The notes below the pieces were generated by a model. The model was given only the letters and a program-made list of their open reading frames with translations. It was not told the origin of the DNA and did not search any database. Positions 13,301 through 25,425 of a stretch of 64,000 nt of DNA are shown piece by piece. Position numbers and translations under genes: made by a program. The stretch comes from Phoronis australis (lineage: Eukaryota; Animalia; Phoronida), in contig NMRA01000412.1 of NCBI GenBank assembly GCA_002633005.1, positions 138,614 to 202,613 on the forward strand, read 5' to 3'. Within the stretch, counting starts at the first letter, position 1. Every line of letters starts with the position of its first letter.

Positions 13301-16300
13301 TCACTACTAAAATGGCGACTGCGTGAATAAGGTCTGTTATGTAACTTACATTCCGTGAAGAATTTGTGGATTCGACGTCTGACTCATCAGATTCTGCATC
13401 AGACTTCTGTGACAAAGAGTAACATTTTATATTAATTATCGCAACCGCTAACACTTTCAAGTCTAGTCTGCACGCCTCCAGTTGGCCACATCACTTGATG
13501 GTCAAAGGTTCGAATAGCACTCGGGGTAGAAATCCTGTCAGACTTATGTTCATTAGGTCACGTGATGTGGCCAACAGTTGGAATGCAGACCAGACTTAAA
13601 CGTGTTTTAGATCTGTATTTCAACTCTTATTCTTTGTTTTAACTGAAACTGATAGCAGTCAAAACACTTGAATTTCCCAAATGATCACGGTGCTTAAGTG
13701 ACCAAAAATGGCAATCACTTTCACGAGAGAGATATGAACCATCAATGAATGGTCAGTTACTTCCTTTGTAAGCTTTGAAATGTGAACCAGATCAGATAAA
13801 ATCTGTATTTTTTCAACATATAACCAATTTTTGTATCAATTATCCAAACAAACACAACAACTTGGCTGCCTATTCTTGAGACAGCTTGAATGAGCTCCGA
13901 ATTCCAAATTATTTACTTTGAAGCTCCAAGTTCACACACAGCCAACCAAATAAGGCAATCTCAGAACACGATCTACTTGATCTAGTGCAGCTTGCAAGAC
14001 TATAAAAAGTTTTGCAGTTATGCGTGTGCGTTTGACAATACATGCATTCTCACTAGGGTGACAACCTTGAAGCTTAGGCAAACTTTACAAAACTGTGAAA
14101 AACATTATGTCGAGAACATGTTCAATAGTTCGACGTATGAATGATATGATTCGTGACTGATTACACAATGAGTGATGTTCCCAGTATTAGCCAATCACAA
14201 AGTGGATGAGGGTTTTGGTATGCTTAAAATGTTTTAAAATTTGTTGATTCATTGCTGACAATACGGCATGCAGTGAAGTCAATGGTGAATGGCCACAGTG
14301 CAGGAAAGAAATTTAATCTTCAATGCCTACCCCTGTATGGTTTTAGGCTAATGAAAGACAGTTTCATTTCCTTAAAATTCCATAAGCAAAAACGAAGGTC
14401 CGATTTAGAGGAAAAAACTTATCTTAAGCTTAACTTATGAACATTATGAGCAAAGCGACAGATTGTATCAAATGAGCCTTTTTTGCAGTTAATTGACGAC
14501 ATCTTTATTCCCCAGACCTCAAACAAAAGAACAAAATTCTTTGTGACTTGTGCTATTCATATCCCAGTGGCATGGATCATTCAGTCGGCAGTTGGAAAAC
14601 AAATTGTAGCACCCTATAAAAAGATAATTTTCTTGGCAGAGGGCACTGGTTTATTACGCCTTTAAATTGCGCATCCTGGCTGCAAGTAAGAAATCAATAC
14701 TTTCTGGTCAATGGGAAATGAAGTAATTTTATGGCCTGGAGATTCTTTTGTTTGTATCCCTTGGCAAGACAAGCTTAACAGAATTATAAAAAGTAGACCA
14801 AAGTCCTTCAGTAGTTATGAAGTTGTCACGTCTCCTAATGAAATCAACACAATAAAGCTATAAGAATAAGGATATAAAACCACTTCAGGAAAGCAACTCA
14901 TAAAAATTTATGCAAAATTTAATCAACGTTCAACATCGTCGTCCTAAGGTTAGATTCCATCAACTGCAGTTAGGTATTTGCTATAATGGTAAAATCTCAA
15001 AATTTTGAACAAATTTTGTCAAAATTGACTTTTTTCATTTCGGGGGTCTTGGAATGACTAATGACAAAAAAGAGGAAAATTTTCCAGGTGATGTATCATT
15101 TCACAAATAGGCTTGTGTGAAAGAAATATTTTTTGTGTTGTAACATTTAACTGAACACAAATAAAAGTTTTTGAATGAATTCAAAATAATGATAATAGAG
15201 ATGAAAAAAGAGGAAAGCGGAAATCAAATAAGAGGAAATCAAAATCAAAAAAAGAGGAAAATCCTCTTAGAAGAGGAAAATTCCAAACTCAATTCATTTT
15301 TCAAAGGTTAGAATATTGTTGTGAAACCTAATTCTTAATTATGCATTGTATGATTGTAGCTACATGTTCATGTAGGGTAGAGAACTTTAAAATGATAACA
15401 CCATTGTTTGGTGCTACTTTGTGAAAAAATCAAATAAAATTCCGCATGTCTGCCATGTTGAGTTTAATTTGGTGAGATTTTCTCCTACAGTAACTGGTAA
15501 ATTGCAAAGAGACCTACTCTGTAAACAGTACCTTCAGGCAAACAACTTTCATACAACTTATTGTTATGAAATCATTCTAATTTTGTTTCTTCCTCAGAGT
15601 AGAAGTAATTTCTGTAGATTCAAGAAAAATTAACAATCCATTAGTGAAATAGATGAGGCCCATTAAGTTGCCTGTCACAGGGTGTAATCAGTACTAGTTC
15701 AGTATATAGGGCCTTTCATACTAACAACGACGCGTCGATGGTTTGGGGAGTTGCGGTCAGTATGAACGCTTAACTTTGGTCCTGGACCGAAGTTAACAGC
15801 TCCAATTAATATCGCAGTAAACAGGACTGGTGGATTCAACAGTGCAGCATCAACGCTGCGGTGCAGTACGAACAGTCAACTTCGGTCCCATCAAAGTTAT
15901 CACCAGGTGGCACTGTTATCATTAATGATTTCAGGGCAGTGTGGTCGTTAATAGCTGCTTATATTTTGCTCAAATAATCACTAGTTGAATTAAAAATAAG
16001 TTTTATGTTAATATTCCAAAATTGTCACATTAAAAAAATCTTAGCGTGGAGCATTACCTTGTGATTACTTCGATGACAACAGCGCCTCCTGTAGTTTACT
16101 TCGATGTTCCTTAACTACCGAAGCCAGTATGAACCATTTTCTTAATGTCATAGTTAATGAGGAGGCTGGTCGGTATGAAAAGGCCTTACCAGGAGGTTCA
16201 TTAAGTCACAGGGGGTTTAGCAGTACTAGTTCAGTCTACAAGGAGGCTCATTAAGTTGCCTGTCACAGGGGGCTTATCAGTAGTTCAGTCTACAAGGAGG

Positions 16301-18395
16301 CTCATTAAGTTGCTTGTCATAGCGGGTTTATCAGTAGTTCAGTCTACAAGGAGGCTCATTAAGTTGCCTGTCACAGGGGGTTTATCAGTACAAGTAGTCT
16401 ACAAGGACGCTTATTAAGTTGCCTGTCACGGGGGTTATCAGTACTAGTTCAGTCTACAAGGAGGCTCATCAAGTTGCTTGTCACAGGGGGTTATCAGTAC
16501 TTAAGTAGTCTACAAGGAGGCTCATTAAGTTGCCTGTCACAGGGGTTTACCATTACAAGTAGTCTACAAGGAGGCTCACTAAGTTGCTTGTCACAGGGGG
16601 CCGGGTTATCATGCAGAACTAGTTCAGTCACCAAGGCAGTATGACTGTCAGGGTAATTCCAGACCACTTGCTGTATCCAATCTCAGTTGAAGGGATATAG
16701 AGCACCTCTACCTGAACATGGTTTCAGTTAACAGCATCTTTTTCTTACAAACTCAACCTCATTATTACCAGGTGTATTCCTTAACGTTAGAGTTATAAAA
16801 TGTTTGAATTTCGAAATAAAGAAATCTGACCACAGTAGAACTCTCATGCCTCAACCAGTCAAATATTCAGAAAAACAGATTTGCATATTCATAAATACTT
16901 GCCTTTTTTCTCTTCAGTGACTTTCCAGCTTTAAGTTTAACGGGAGATTTCTGCATGAATTATTGAAAAAATGGTATCAACTGAAGTGACTGCACAAATT
17001 TCTATTAACACTATGAGCAAAATGAACTTAAGGTAATACAGGTTTTGACTTATCAACATGCCTGTAAAACATCTAGTTTAATTATAAGATTAAGTAAAAG
17101 TCCCAAAATCCACATCAGCGGTTCTCTACAGCAGGAACACATTCCAAATTTCAGGACGAGCCATCGAGGAACTTGGTAGACATTGAACCATGACAAAAAA
17201 TTGTTACAAGGGGCACCAGTGTGACAGTTCATTTTGTCAGTGGTTCATTATCTGTCAAGTTAATCGATATTTGTCACAAAATTTGATAATTACAGTGTTC
17301 CTAATGTATACAGTAACTGGTATAGAGTTTGGAACAAAGAAGCCTACTATCAGTTCATTCCATGACAAGAAATCATTTCTAATCTGAATACAAAACAATT
17401 TGAGACCTGGTTTACAGCAGTAAATGCTCTACATTAAGATAGCTAGTCCTTGCCTGTAAAGCATCTTTATGTTCTAACCCTGAACACTTCAACTTGTGTT
17501 CTCTGATCCGCTCAACAGATGTATCCTTGGTTTGCTTCTTGATCCCATCACATCTAGTCAACTGCACTTTCAACAACAACGAACCAGCAACTGTTTGCTT
17601 AGAGATTTTTTCACCATGATGGGAAAGATTTTCATTTTCACCTGACCTTTTCACAGATGGAACCGTTGACTCACATTCCGAATCACTCGTAGATTCATTA
17701 CTAGAAGACTCATGTGCGGTATATTCACTACAAATGATCTCCTCACCAATAGCACAGGGGCTGGCAGAATCGCTCTCAGAATCAGAAGGATCATTCCTAT
17801 CAAAAGGAACATCACTCAAAGGTAGATTCTCCTCCTGACAATAAGAATTTTCAACTTTGATTTGTTTTTGTTTGGTCTTAGTGTCCATTCTTTTATGTTG
17901 CATGGGAGACAACCCCTCATCACTGTCTAAAGAAAGCAAATTCCCTGATCCTGGTAAATCATCTCTATCTTTGTTGTCCTTGATATTGGCACAATTGATT
18001 GCACTGTTTACTTTGACTAATGGCCCAACTGGTGCATCACTATCTGAGTCTGAACTTGACAACAGAACACATGCTTGAGATTTTCTAATCGAGCTTGTGA
18101 TTTCGTTCTTTCTGCTTCCCATAAACTTAATATCACCAACTGAATCCTCATTGACATCCTGGTGATCTAAGTTAATATCATCATCATCACTGTAAAATAC
18201 TTGGGAATGTCTGCGAATGCCAGCAGAAGAACGGTGCTCTTTAGCACGCTTTTCTAACGGAATATCCGAATCACTGTCCGAAAACCTGTACTTTCTCTTT
18301 TTTAATGGCGTGTTCTCCACCTCAGAATCAGATGAGCTCCAGGTTTCTTGAGGAGAGTCATTGACAAGGGTTGCTTCACTTTGAATTTCAGTCAT
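10400..18395 (-). CDS. HIRIP3: HIRIP3-like (HIRA-interacting protein 3 / CHZ-type histone chaperone) protein with a long Ser/Asp/Glu-rich region; 3' end uncertain
   Basis: Phase-compatible minus-strand exons 18411-17454 (ATG at 18395), 16950-16903, 13406-13350, 11513-11351, 10509-10423. The last two give LQQLLRIQRASGIFLWYPTVFKDCTQEQKIKKIKNILLEAGMRGQPTMKKAEELKLKKEAAELDTDNIICMQG, which resembles the HIRIP3 C-terminus (GMKGxPSL..C..LK...E.AEL..NII). Read-through past the last donor gives GKGILKV* at 10400. Confidence 0.72.
10423..10509 (-). CDS. HIRIP3-like exon (GQPTMKKAEELKLKKEAAELDTDNIICMQG)
   Basis: tctcgttctag acceptor, CAAG|gtaagg donor. Confidence 0.85.
11351..11513 (-). CDS. HIRIP3-like exon (GSKSSRKRLSYLQQLLRIQRASG...LEAGMRG)
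   Basis: tttttgtag acceptor, gtaaaa donor. Confidence 0.85.
13350..13406 (-). CDS. HIRIP3-like exon (KSDAESDESDVESTNSSRN)
   Basis: ctttgtcacag acceptor, gtaagt donor, 57 bp, phase 0-0. Confidence 0.75.
13460..13597. mobile_element. MITE-like fold-back in a HIRIP3-like intron
   Basis: AGTCTAGTCTGCA..GTTGGCCACATCAC versus GTGATGTGGCCAAC..TGCAGACCAGACT inverted repeats. Confidence 0.6.
15709..16186. mobile_element. PIF/Harbinger-like non-autonomous element inserted in a minisatellite
   Basis: TIRs GGCCTTTCATAC / GTATGAAAAGGCC, TA-rich flanks, internal repeated CAGTAYGAAC motif. Confidence 0.65.
16187..16630. repeat. About 60-bp minisatellite, about 7 copies (one more unit at 15653-15706)
   Basis: Unit approx CTACAAGGAGGCTCATTAAGTTGCCTGTCACAGGGGGTTATCAGTACTAGTTCAGT. 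Confidence 0.95.
16903..16950 (-). CDS. HIRIP3-like exon (KSPVKLKAGKSLKRKK)
   Basis: catgcag acceptor, AAG|gcaagt donor, 48 bp, phase 0-0. Confidence 0.6.
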
Positions 18396-18411
18396 CTGTG
18401 AGTTGTTAAAC
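17454..18411 (-). CDS. HIRIP3-like large low-complexity exon (S/D/E-rich, NLS-like PLKKRK)
   Basis: Longest ORF in the window (17412-18422); gtgttatag acceptor; probable CAG|gcaagg donor. Confidence 0.85.
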
Positions 18412-20044
18412 CTATAACACAAATATTATTAAATAACAGCTACCTTTATGGGTTGGAATTAAAAATAATAGTAGTATTTTTAAATATCACAGAAAAATGA
18501 AAAGGGTATTGCAAAATCTCACCAACTTTGGTGTCATATAAATTAACAAAACTGACCAAGTTTTTTCATTTCCAATGACTTCTAGAACATCGCTGAGAAT
18601 GTTGAAGTCTACTCTGTATTTTTTAAATTTTAGTAGCTATAGTGCAAAACTTGAACGTGGTCGGAACGCATTTAATTCTGGTGCTGTATAATTTCGTGGA
18701 AAAAATGATACAAAATTTCACTTTTTAAATGCTGTGTCCTAAATTGGTGAGATATACCATACAGTCATTGCTTAAATGTGTCATTGAGTAAATTCATATA
18801 ACTTATATATAATTCAGTGTCACCACAACCAGACACTGATAAGAGACAACTTAATTTGTCATCGCTTTGGTAGCTGTTTACGTTCAACTGATGATTGTTT
18901 GTTCTAACAAATAATGAGAATCATACAGAAGCAGACACAGACACGTTAATGGCCGAGTTAAGCAAGCAATTCTTAATTTCCTTCATATCTTATGCACCCG
19001 CGCTGTGGGATGAGTATCTAAGTTTCACTGATCGGCTAGTCCGGATACACTGCCGTGTCATCGCCAGTTTGACAGCGATAGCAAGGGGAGAAAGTTGGCC
19101 AACCAATGTCCAGCTCTCTTATGGTCTCAATCTACGTTCAGGTAATCCCTGGAAGAGTTGCCTGAGTGACGCTTCAACCGATAAAAATGCTATTTCTAAA
19201 CCAGGCAAACAACACGGTTCAACAAATATCGTGAAGATACAGTGCTTTGAGTGAAATACTACCACCAAAAAACTTTGAACAGAGAAAAACGGTCGACTTT
19301 CAGAGAAATTGACTAAAGTTTCACCTGCACATTCCTTTTTGGGACAGTGTAGCTCTCACCCGGCCCTTACTTATAATTGACTACCACTCAGTACCCACAG
19401 CACTGTGTACCAACACATCATAAGGCCTGTTGTCAAGTAAAATGTCCTCTTAACTGGAGGTAGGATAGGACAGGTCATTGAAGGGAGAGTCGGCAGAAGA
19501 TTGACAGTACCTACAAAGCTACAAAATACTGTCTTTGATGATGACAGTCGACAGTGCTGTCGAGATTTTTATAGGCCATAGAAAGCTTCCAGTCTGAAGC
19601 AGAGAAGGTTCTGCCTGAAACTACAGCGAGGGCCTCTCTCCAGGTTACAGAAATCAGGTGAAAGGTGGGAGTCAAGTCAGGTTTTTACAACCCCAACGTA
19701 AGTGTTTGAAGGAATGCCTACCGTAAATTTCAACTTCCCGCTTGCAAGCAGTAAACAGTTAAAGGTTTAAAAAAGCCACGACTGTGCAAAAAGTGGGCCA
19801 ATGGTTAACAGCAAGCAGAACACACAAATTAAGCCTTCACACGCAGTGCAAAACTCAAAAAGCTCACAGGCGCCACTTTTTAATGAACTCATAGACTATA
19901 GTAACTAATAGTACAGGGACCGCACCTGGCAAAATTATCTGGTTTTATTTCCGGTAAGTACGTCGTCTGCTAATAATGGTCGGCTTAGTGTTCACGGTAT
20001 TTTGAATACCGTGATGTCTTTTGTCTCATCACAATACACTAATC

Positions 20045-23000
20045 CAGGCCCGTAGGAAGGCAAAAATTATTAAGGGGGCACAAACCAAGTCGACTTCGCC
20101 AAACTACCCCTCACGAAACTCCTTTGATCCAGTTTCCTGAAAAATTCATTTTGTTACGGTCATTTTTGAAGAGTTTTTTTGAAAAGGTGAAGACCCGATC
20201 AGGTCCGACCTTGTATAGTGCCTTTTAGGCTGTTTCAAAATCCCTTGTTGAAACACGGCCGGTAGTCCAGTTTCTGGTGACTAGGGAAAATGATACACTT
20301 TGTGTCCCAAAAATGTACACACTTTAACGCCTCAGTGGATTTCAAATTCAGCTCCCGGATCAATGAGATTCTGCGCGGGCTTACTTAATGGTTACGTCTT
20401 ATTTTTAACGTAGATGGGTCAGTCATACGTGCTATGTCAGTACGCACGGGAAATGCAAGCAAACGATTCAGTTTTGAAGAACAAAAATTAATCGCGCAAT
20501 GCTCCTGGAAACTAGTGTAACGGGGGCGGTACGACCAAGGCGCCCCGATTTTACGAGCCCGGTGCAGACTGAGGGTGATGTTGAAAACAAAAAGTTGGTG
20601 AATAATACATAGGTTTATTGTAAGAATATATAACTAATGATATTTCACGCTTACAAGCAATCCAGTTGTTCCATGACTTAATTAGTATCGCAGCGTTGTG
20701 ATTTATACAGTTCTGATACACGGGCAAGCCAGTCGCTGATTAATACTTGTGTGTGCAAGAACGGGGCAATTTGGTTATTCAGATCCGAAAGGTGAGGTGC
20801 AATCCGCCAAACTCGGGAGGAGCCCGAGAATTGCTGGGGCTAAACTATATTGGCAACCAAGTTCGGGAGGAGCCCGAAAGCTGCACAAACAGTTGCAATT
20901 TGGTGTGAGTGAAGGTGTACATGTTTGCTTCTTGAACTCTGCGACTGGACTCCTCGTGTCTGACAGAGACAAAGCTTAAGTACACAATTTCAACCAATCA
21001 GACACGATCTGAAGGGCGAGGCCCATAGCTCCTAGCTTCTGACCATATTTGGCCATGTCCAAAGGACTCAACATCATAGGAAAATTCCACACGTAATACA
21101 CAGCTTGACCACCAGAGGGCGCATATATCTTACTTACATAATCATGTCCAGGGCACTCCTGTTACANTAGGTGCGTCAGTCATACGTGCTATGACAGTAC
21201 GCACGGGAAATGCAAGCAAACGATTCAGTTTTGAAGAACAAAAATTAATCACGCAATACTCCTGGACACTAGAAACATCAACGAAAGTAAAGACCACCTT
21301 TCCAAGTTGTGATCTATGAGTTCAGTCTAGTTCCTAAGTCAATAAACAACTTATAGTATCATTTGAATTGTGAGAACATTTTGGGACATTGTAGAGCCGT
21401 CCGACATTCAACAATATCCTTGAAAATTATTTCAGAGTTGACAAAAATAGTTGTACTTCGCTATTTGGGGATGTGATGATAGATCGAACTTCCAAATGTC
21501 AGTCTGCAACTAAGTAATAGTTCACTGAAGCATCGTCATTTCTTACAAGATTAGCTCCTAATTGTCAAAAATCGTTTATCAATCAGTTGATTTTCGTTGA
21601 TAAATAAACATGTAAATCAGAAACCAACAATCGATGCCATGAGCAATCCGTTTACCTTGATTTTATGACTCAATTCCTTTTTGATCTCCTGTTTGTGAGT
21701 TTAAACGACAAATCTTGTACCTAAAAAAGAGTGCAGGTGGCCTGATGCTTTTTACGGTACATCAGGTGTGTTTATGCCGCAAGGGCGGGCCCATTACACT
21801 AATCAGCATTACATTTATTGTCATTTGAATTGTGAGTATATTTTTGGGACCTGTCCGAATTTCATCATTGTCTTTGAGAGTTATTTCAGATTGGCAAAAA
21901 TCGTGAAGTTAACTTTACTGCTTGATGATTGGATTATAGAGTCCTCCCAACTTCAGGCTTCAACTTAATTAAATGAAACAAGATCAATACTTACAAGATC
22001 ATCTTCTAATTGATGAAAATCATTTATGGATCTATTAATCAGAAACCAATGAATGTGTTTATCAAAACGGAATGTTATAAGTAATTTCCACAGGCATGCT
22101 CGCAGATTTTGACGGGTAACTGAGAGAACATGGGAGATGGGGTTTGTTCATTTCAACGGTGCCTACATGTATACCGGTTTACGAGATAAACTTGAACTCA
22201 AAAAAAAAACTCTGAAATCGTTGTTTATGATTGCGAGTGTAGTTTGAGTAGCCCTGTTCGATATTTACACGGATATCACAAATCGTAGAGCCGACAGTCT
22301 TTTCGACATGTGGGAATCCGTAGCAACAACTCCTAGTAATGATCTTCTGAAGTAATGCTATTCTTGTGATACTATGGGGAAAAAGGTAAAATTATTTTAT
22401 AATTAGACATCGGAAATAGTCCTTTTGTGTATTTCACAAAAACTGGTCTTCACGTTCTTCGAAATGCCATCTTTTCGATGGCGGTCAATCCTGTTGTATT
22501 ATCATACTTCCTGTTGTTTTTATCGAATGTCCTAATACTGCTGTGCTGTGCACGAATGTTTTGTGTTTTTTATAAATTTGGAATACGTGGCAGAATCATA
22601 TTTATATGTACATAGTGACAAGGAGACATTTACCCCGAACTGCCCTACCGAGAGACGGTCCCGCTTGAACTGGGACACGTTAAAATAAAAGCTAAACATT
22701 ATTAAGCTCGGAGAAAAGGGACAGTTCATTACACCGTCGTGTGGTCACACGGTGATGGAGGAAGTGACCTTCCTCAACATGAAATCAGGTTGCATGAGCA
22801 AAAAGAACTGGAAAATAGACGTAATCGATTTCAACATTGGGCCTCTCTCCGTGAGCGGTCCCTTAGAGTTTGTCAATAAAAACACAAAATTGGTGGCTAC
22901 ATGAAACTCATCAATGGCCCTCTTCAAGGGCTGGGGGCCCTTAAATATGAGAAGATCTATAGTTTCAAAAATCAGGAAATGCACAGCAATTGACGTTATT

Positions 23001-23489
23001 TGTCAGGTCATCATTTTTTCTCAAGTGATACGCAATTTCGAGAAAAAGAATAAAGCGGTAGTTGTCTCCGTTACCCCGTGTCAGAGTGGGGCCTCTGGAA
23101 AAATGTATAGTTTTGCTGTCGCAAAATTGTCTTATCGAATTTAAAAATCCAGTAAAATAATACGCTCCGCATTAGCTCCGCTTTACAAATTTTCTAGATT
23201 TTTCGAAATATACATATGAATAATTAAGTACACGTTTCCAAGTGCGTTTAGACGACTTAGAGAGATCCTAACAACAATGTCCTAGCCAGGGCCCTAAACT
23301 TATTTTGCATTGATTCTCAGTTGTCAAGTGTTCTCCTGAATTTTCTCTCTTATCCGTATTCTGCAGTCCTTCTTTTCTTGACTGTTCCCGGCCCCACGCC
23401 TATGTCGGTTGCCACGGTTTAACCCTGATGTTTGCAAATTTTTTGGGGGGCACGTGCCCCCACACCCCACCCCGCTTCCTACGGCCCTG
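20045..23489. mobile_element. Non-autonomous hAT-type (hAT5-like) element, about 3.4 kb including nested material
   Basis: TIRs CAGGCCCGTAGGAAG / CTTCCTACGGCCCTG; identical 5-bp TSD TAATC at 20040-20044 and 23490-23494. The span crosses an N at 21167. Confidence 0.75.
20516..21166 (-). mobile_element. LTR of an LTR retrotransposon (solo, or cut off by the assembly gap), 651 bp
   Basis: TGTAAC...GTTACA termini; AATAAA on the minus strand near 20615; absent from the second copy of the flank at 21168-21272. Confidence 0.75.
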
Positions 23490-24481
23490 TAATCGGAAAC
23501 TGGGACAGATTATTTAGGAGAGTGGCACTTTCTCTAGGATATTGCGCAAGAAAATGTCGGAGTTGCGAATCTGTTGTGTACAATCTATGATGAAACGAAG
23601 GTGAGTTCAACCGTGACTCAAAAACTATTGAGTCTGCCATCTAACATCCAGGCACTTAACTCTCTCCGGCGACTCAGTGTTACTGATCAAAAATGAAGTT
23701 TGAGACAANGGTTTAACCCTGACGTTTGCAATTTTTTGGGGGGGGCACGTGCCCCCACACCCCACCCCGCTTCCTACGGCCCTGTAATCGGAAACTGGGA
23801 CAGATTATTTAGGAGAGTGGCACTTTCTCTAGGATATTGCGCAAGAAAATGTCGGAGTTGCGAATCTGTTGTGTACAATCTATGATGAAACGAAGGTGAG
23901 TTCAACCGTGACTCAAAAACTATTGAGTCTGCCATCTAACATCCAGGCACTTAACTCTCTCCGGCGACTCAGTGTTACTGATCAAAAATGAAGTTTGAGA
24001 CAAACACTGGGACAGAATTAAGAATAAAAATTAAAAAACGTAGCCAGGAAAACAAAATCAGCTACAGGAACCAAAAAAATTTACACGGGAGAAACCCCCT
24101 CCCGGGGCTACGCGCCTCGCCCTCGGATTCGCGCGAATCCTAAACCCACCCCCTTACTAGATCTGCCACTGTCGTTAATCGTCGCATTTTAGTGCACCGC
24201 ATGTTTCAACTATCTCCTACTGTGGTTAGTCCGTGTGGTAGACGATACGGGTTCTCGAAGCATGATATCAATTTTTCTTTTGTTTTAGTCAGTCCAAAAT
24301 GCCAACTCAGATAAAGGGGTGCTGTACAATTCTATGTACACTCCTTGCTCAGATCTTGCGGTCTCCGAGGTTTAGCCACGCATATGTAAGAGTGGTTTGC
24401 GTTCTTTGTTTTGGTGTGTACTTGCTATAGAATTTACTGTCATTAAAACTGTACGCACCTACTCCGTTTTTCAAACGAATT

Positions 24482-24637
24482 CATGGGGCGGCGCACCATG
24501 GGGGGTTGGGGGGCTATAGCCCCCTATCCCACTTTTTTCAGTGCTACGCCGCACATAGTCTGTAGGTGGTGCCCCACAGTGAGGCTGTGGGCCGGGGCTT
24601 TGGCCCGCTCACATTTTTCAGTGCTGCGCCGCCCATG
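24482..24637. mobile_element. hAT-type MITE with 5-bp TSD
   Basis: TIRs CATGG(G)GCGGCGCA / TGCGCCGCCCATG; TSD GAATT on both sides. Confidence 0.85.
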
Positions 24638-25197
24638 GAATTGCATTTGAGCCATATCATTAGAAAGTCCTTTGTTAGTTCTTGATGACTGTACCATATG
24701 AAAAAGTTAAGTAAATTAATTCATATATAATTATTATTTTGCATAGCTGACTAGTTTAAAAATATTTTTTAATTCTAAAAAGCAAGAGCCGTGTTACCAA
24801 AAATGCGAAAAAATAACAGGATGTAATAGTACCTTGGAAAAAGAAATGAACCAGAGAGGTTAGTGACTAATTATACCATTAGGGAAATAATTTCAGGATT
24901 TCTACCCTTTAAATACAAAGGTTGAATATAGATGTCTCACACTTTCTGTGGATAACTTAGCGAGGCATTCATCAAAAATTGTACATTAAAATTAATAGGA
25001 CCTTTGATGCCGTTTGATACAACTATTCATTAAAAATTCAGGATGCAGTGACATTTACGAAAAAATTGCAATAAACTATTCCAAGTGTCTGCCCAAAATA
25101 TGCAGAGAAAGGTTTTCTGATAGTTACAAAATGGGCAAACATCTATCACGTAGCTTTGAAATTTACTGTGGATAGCTCATCTTATTGGTTGCAGTGT

Positions 25198-25425
25198 AGG
25201 ACTTTCAACATTCCTGAATGCACCAAAATGGAAACACGGCAGGACTGTGAAAATAAAATGAACATTCTAATCTCTGATAAAATGGAAATCAGTAAAACAA
25301 TCGAGATTGAAAGAGCCCATCGCCTAGGACGTAAAGAAGTTCGTCATTCAACGGGAAAACCACGATCGATCATCGTCAAATTGCTGAAATTTAAGGGCAA
25401 ACAAGTTATTCAACAAAATGCATAT
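25198..25425 (+). pseudogene. Non-LTR retrotransposon (L1-type) ORF1p RRM-domain fragment
   Basis: FNIPE..ETRQDCENK...IEIERAHRLGRK...KPRSIIVKLLKFKGKQ carries the ERAHR and PRxIIVKF motifs; no ORF2 nearby. Confidence 0.8.

Noticed and set aside
23416-24003. Near-perfect tandem duplication of about 293 bp
   Set aside because: The copies are separated exactly by an N (23709) and differ only by a SNP and homopolymer lengths; most likely an overlapping contig or haplotype join.
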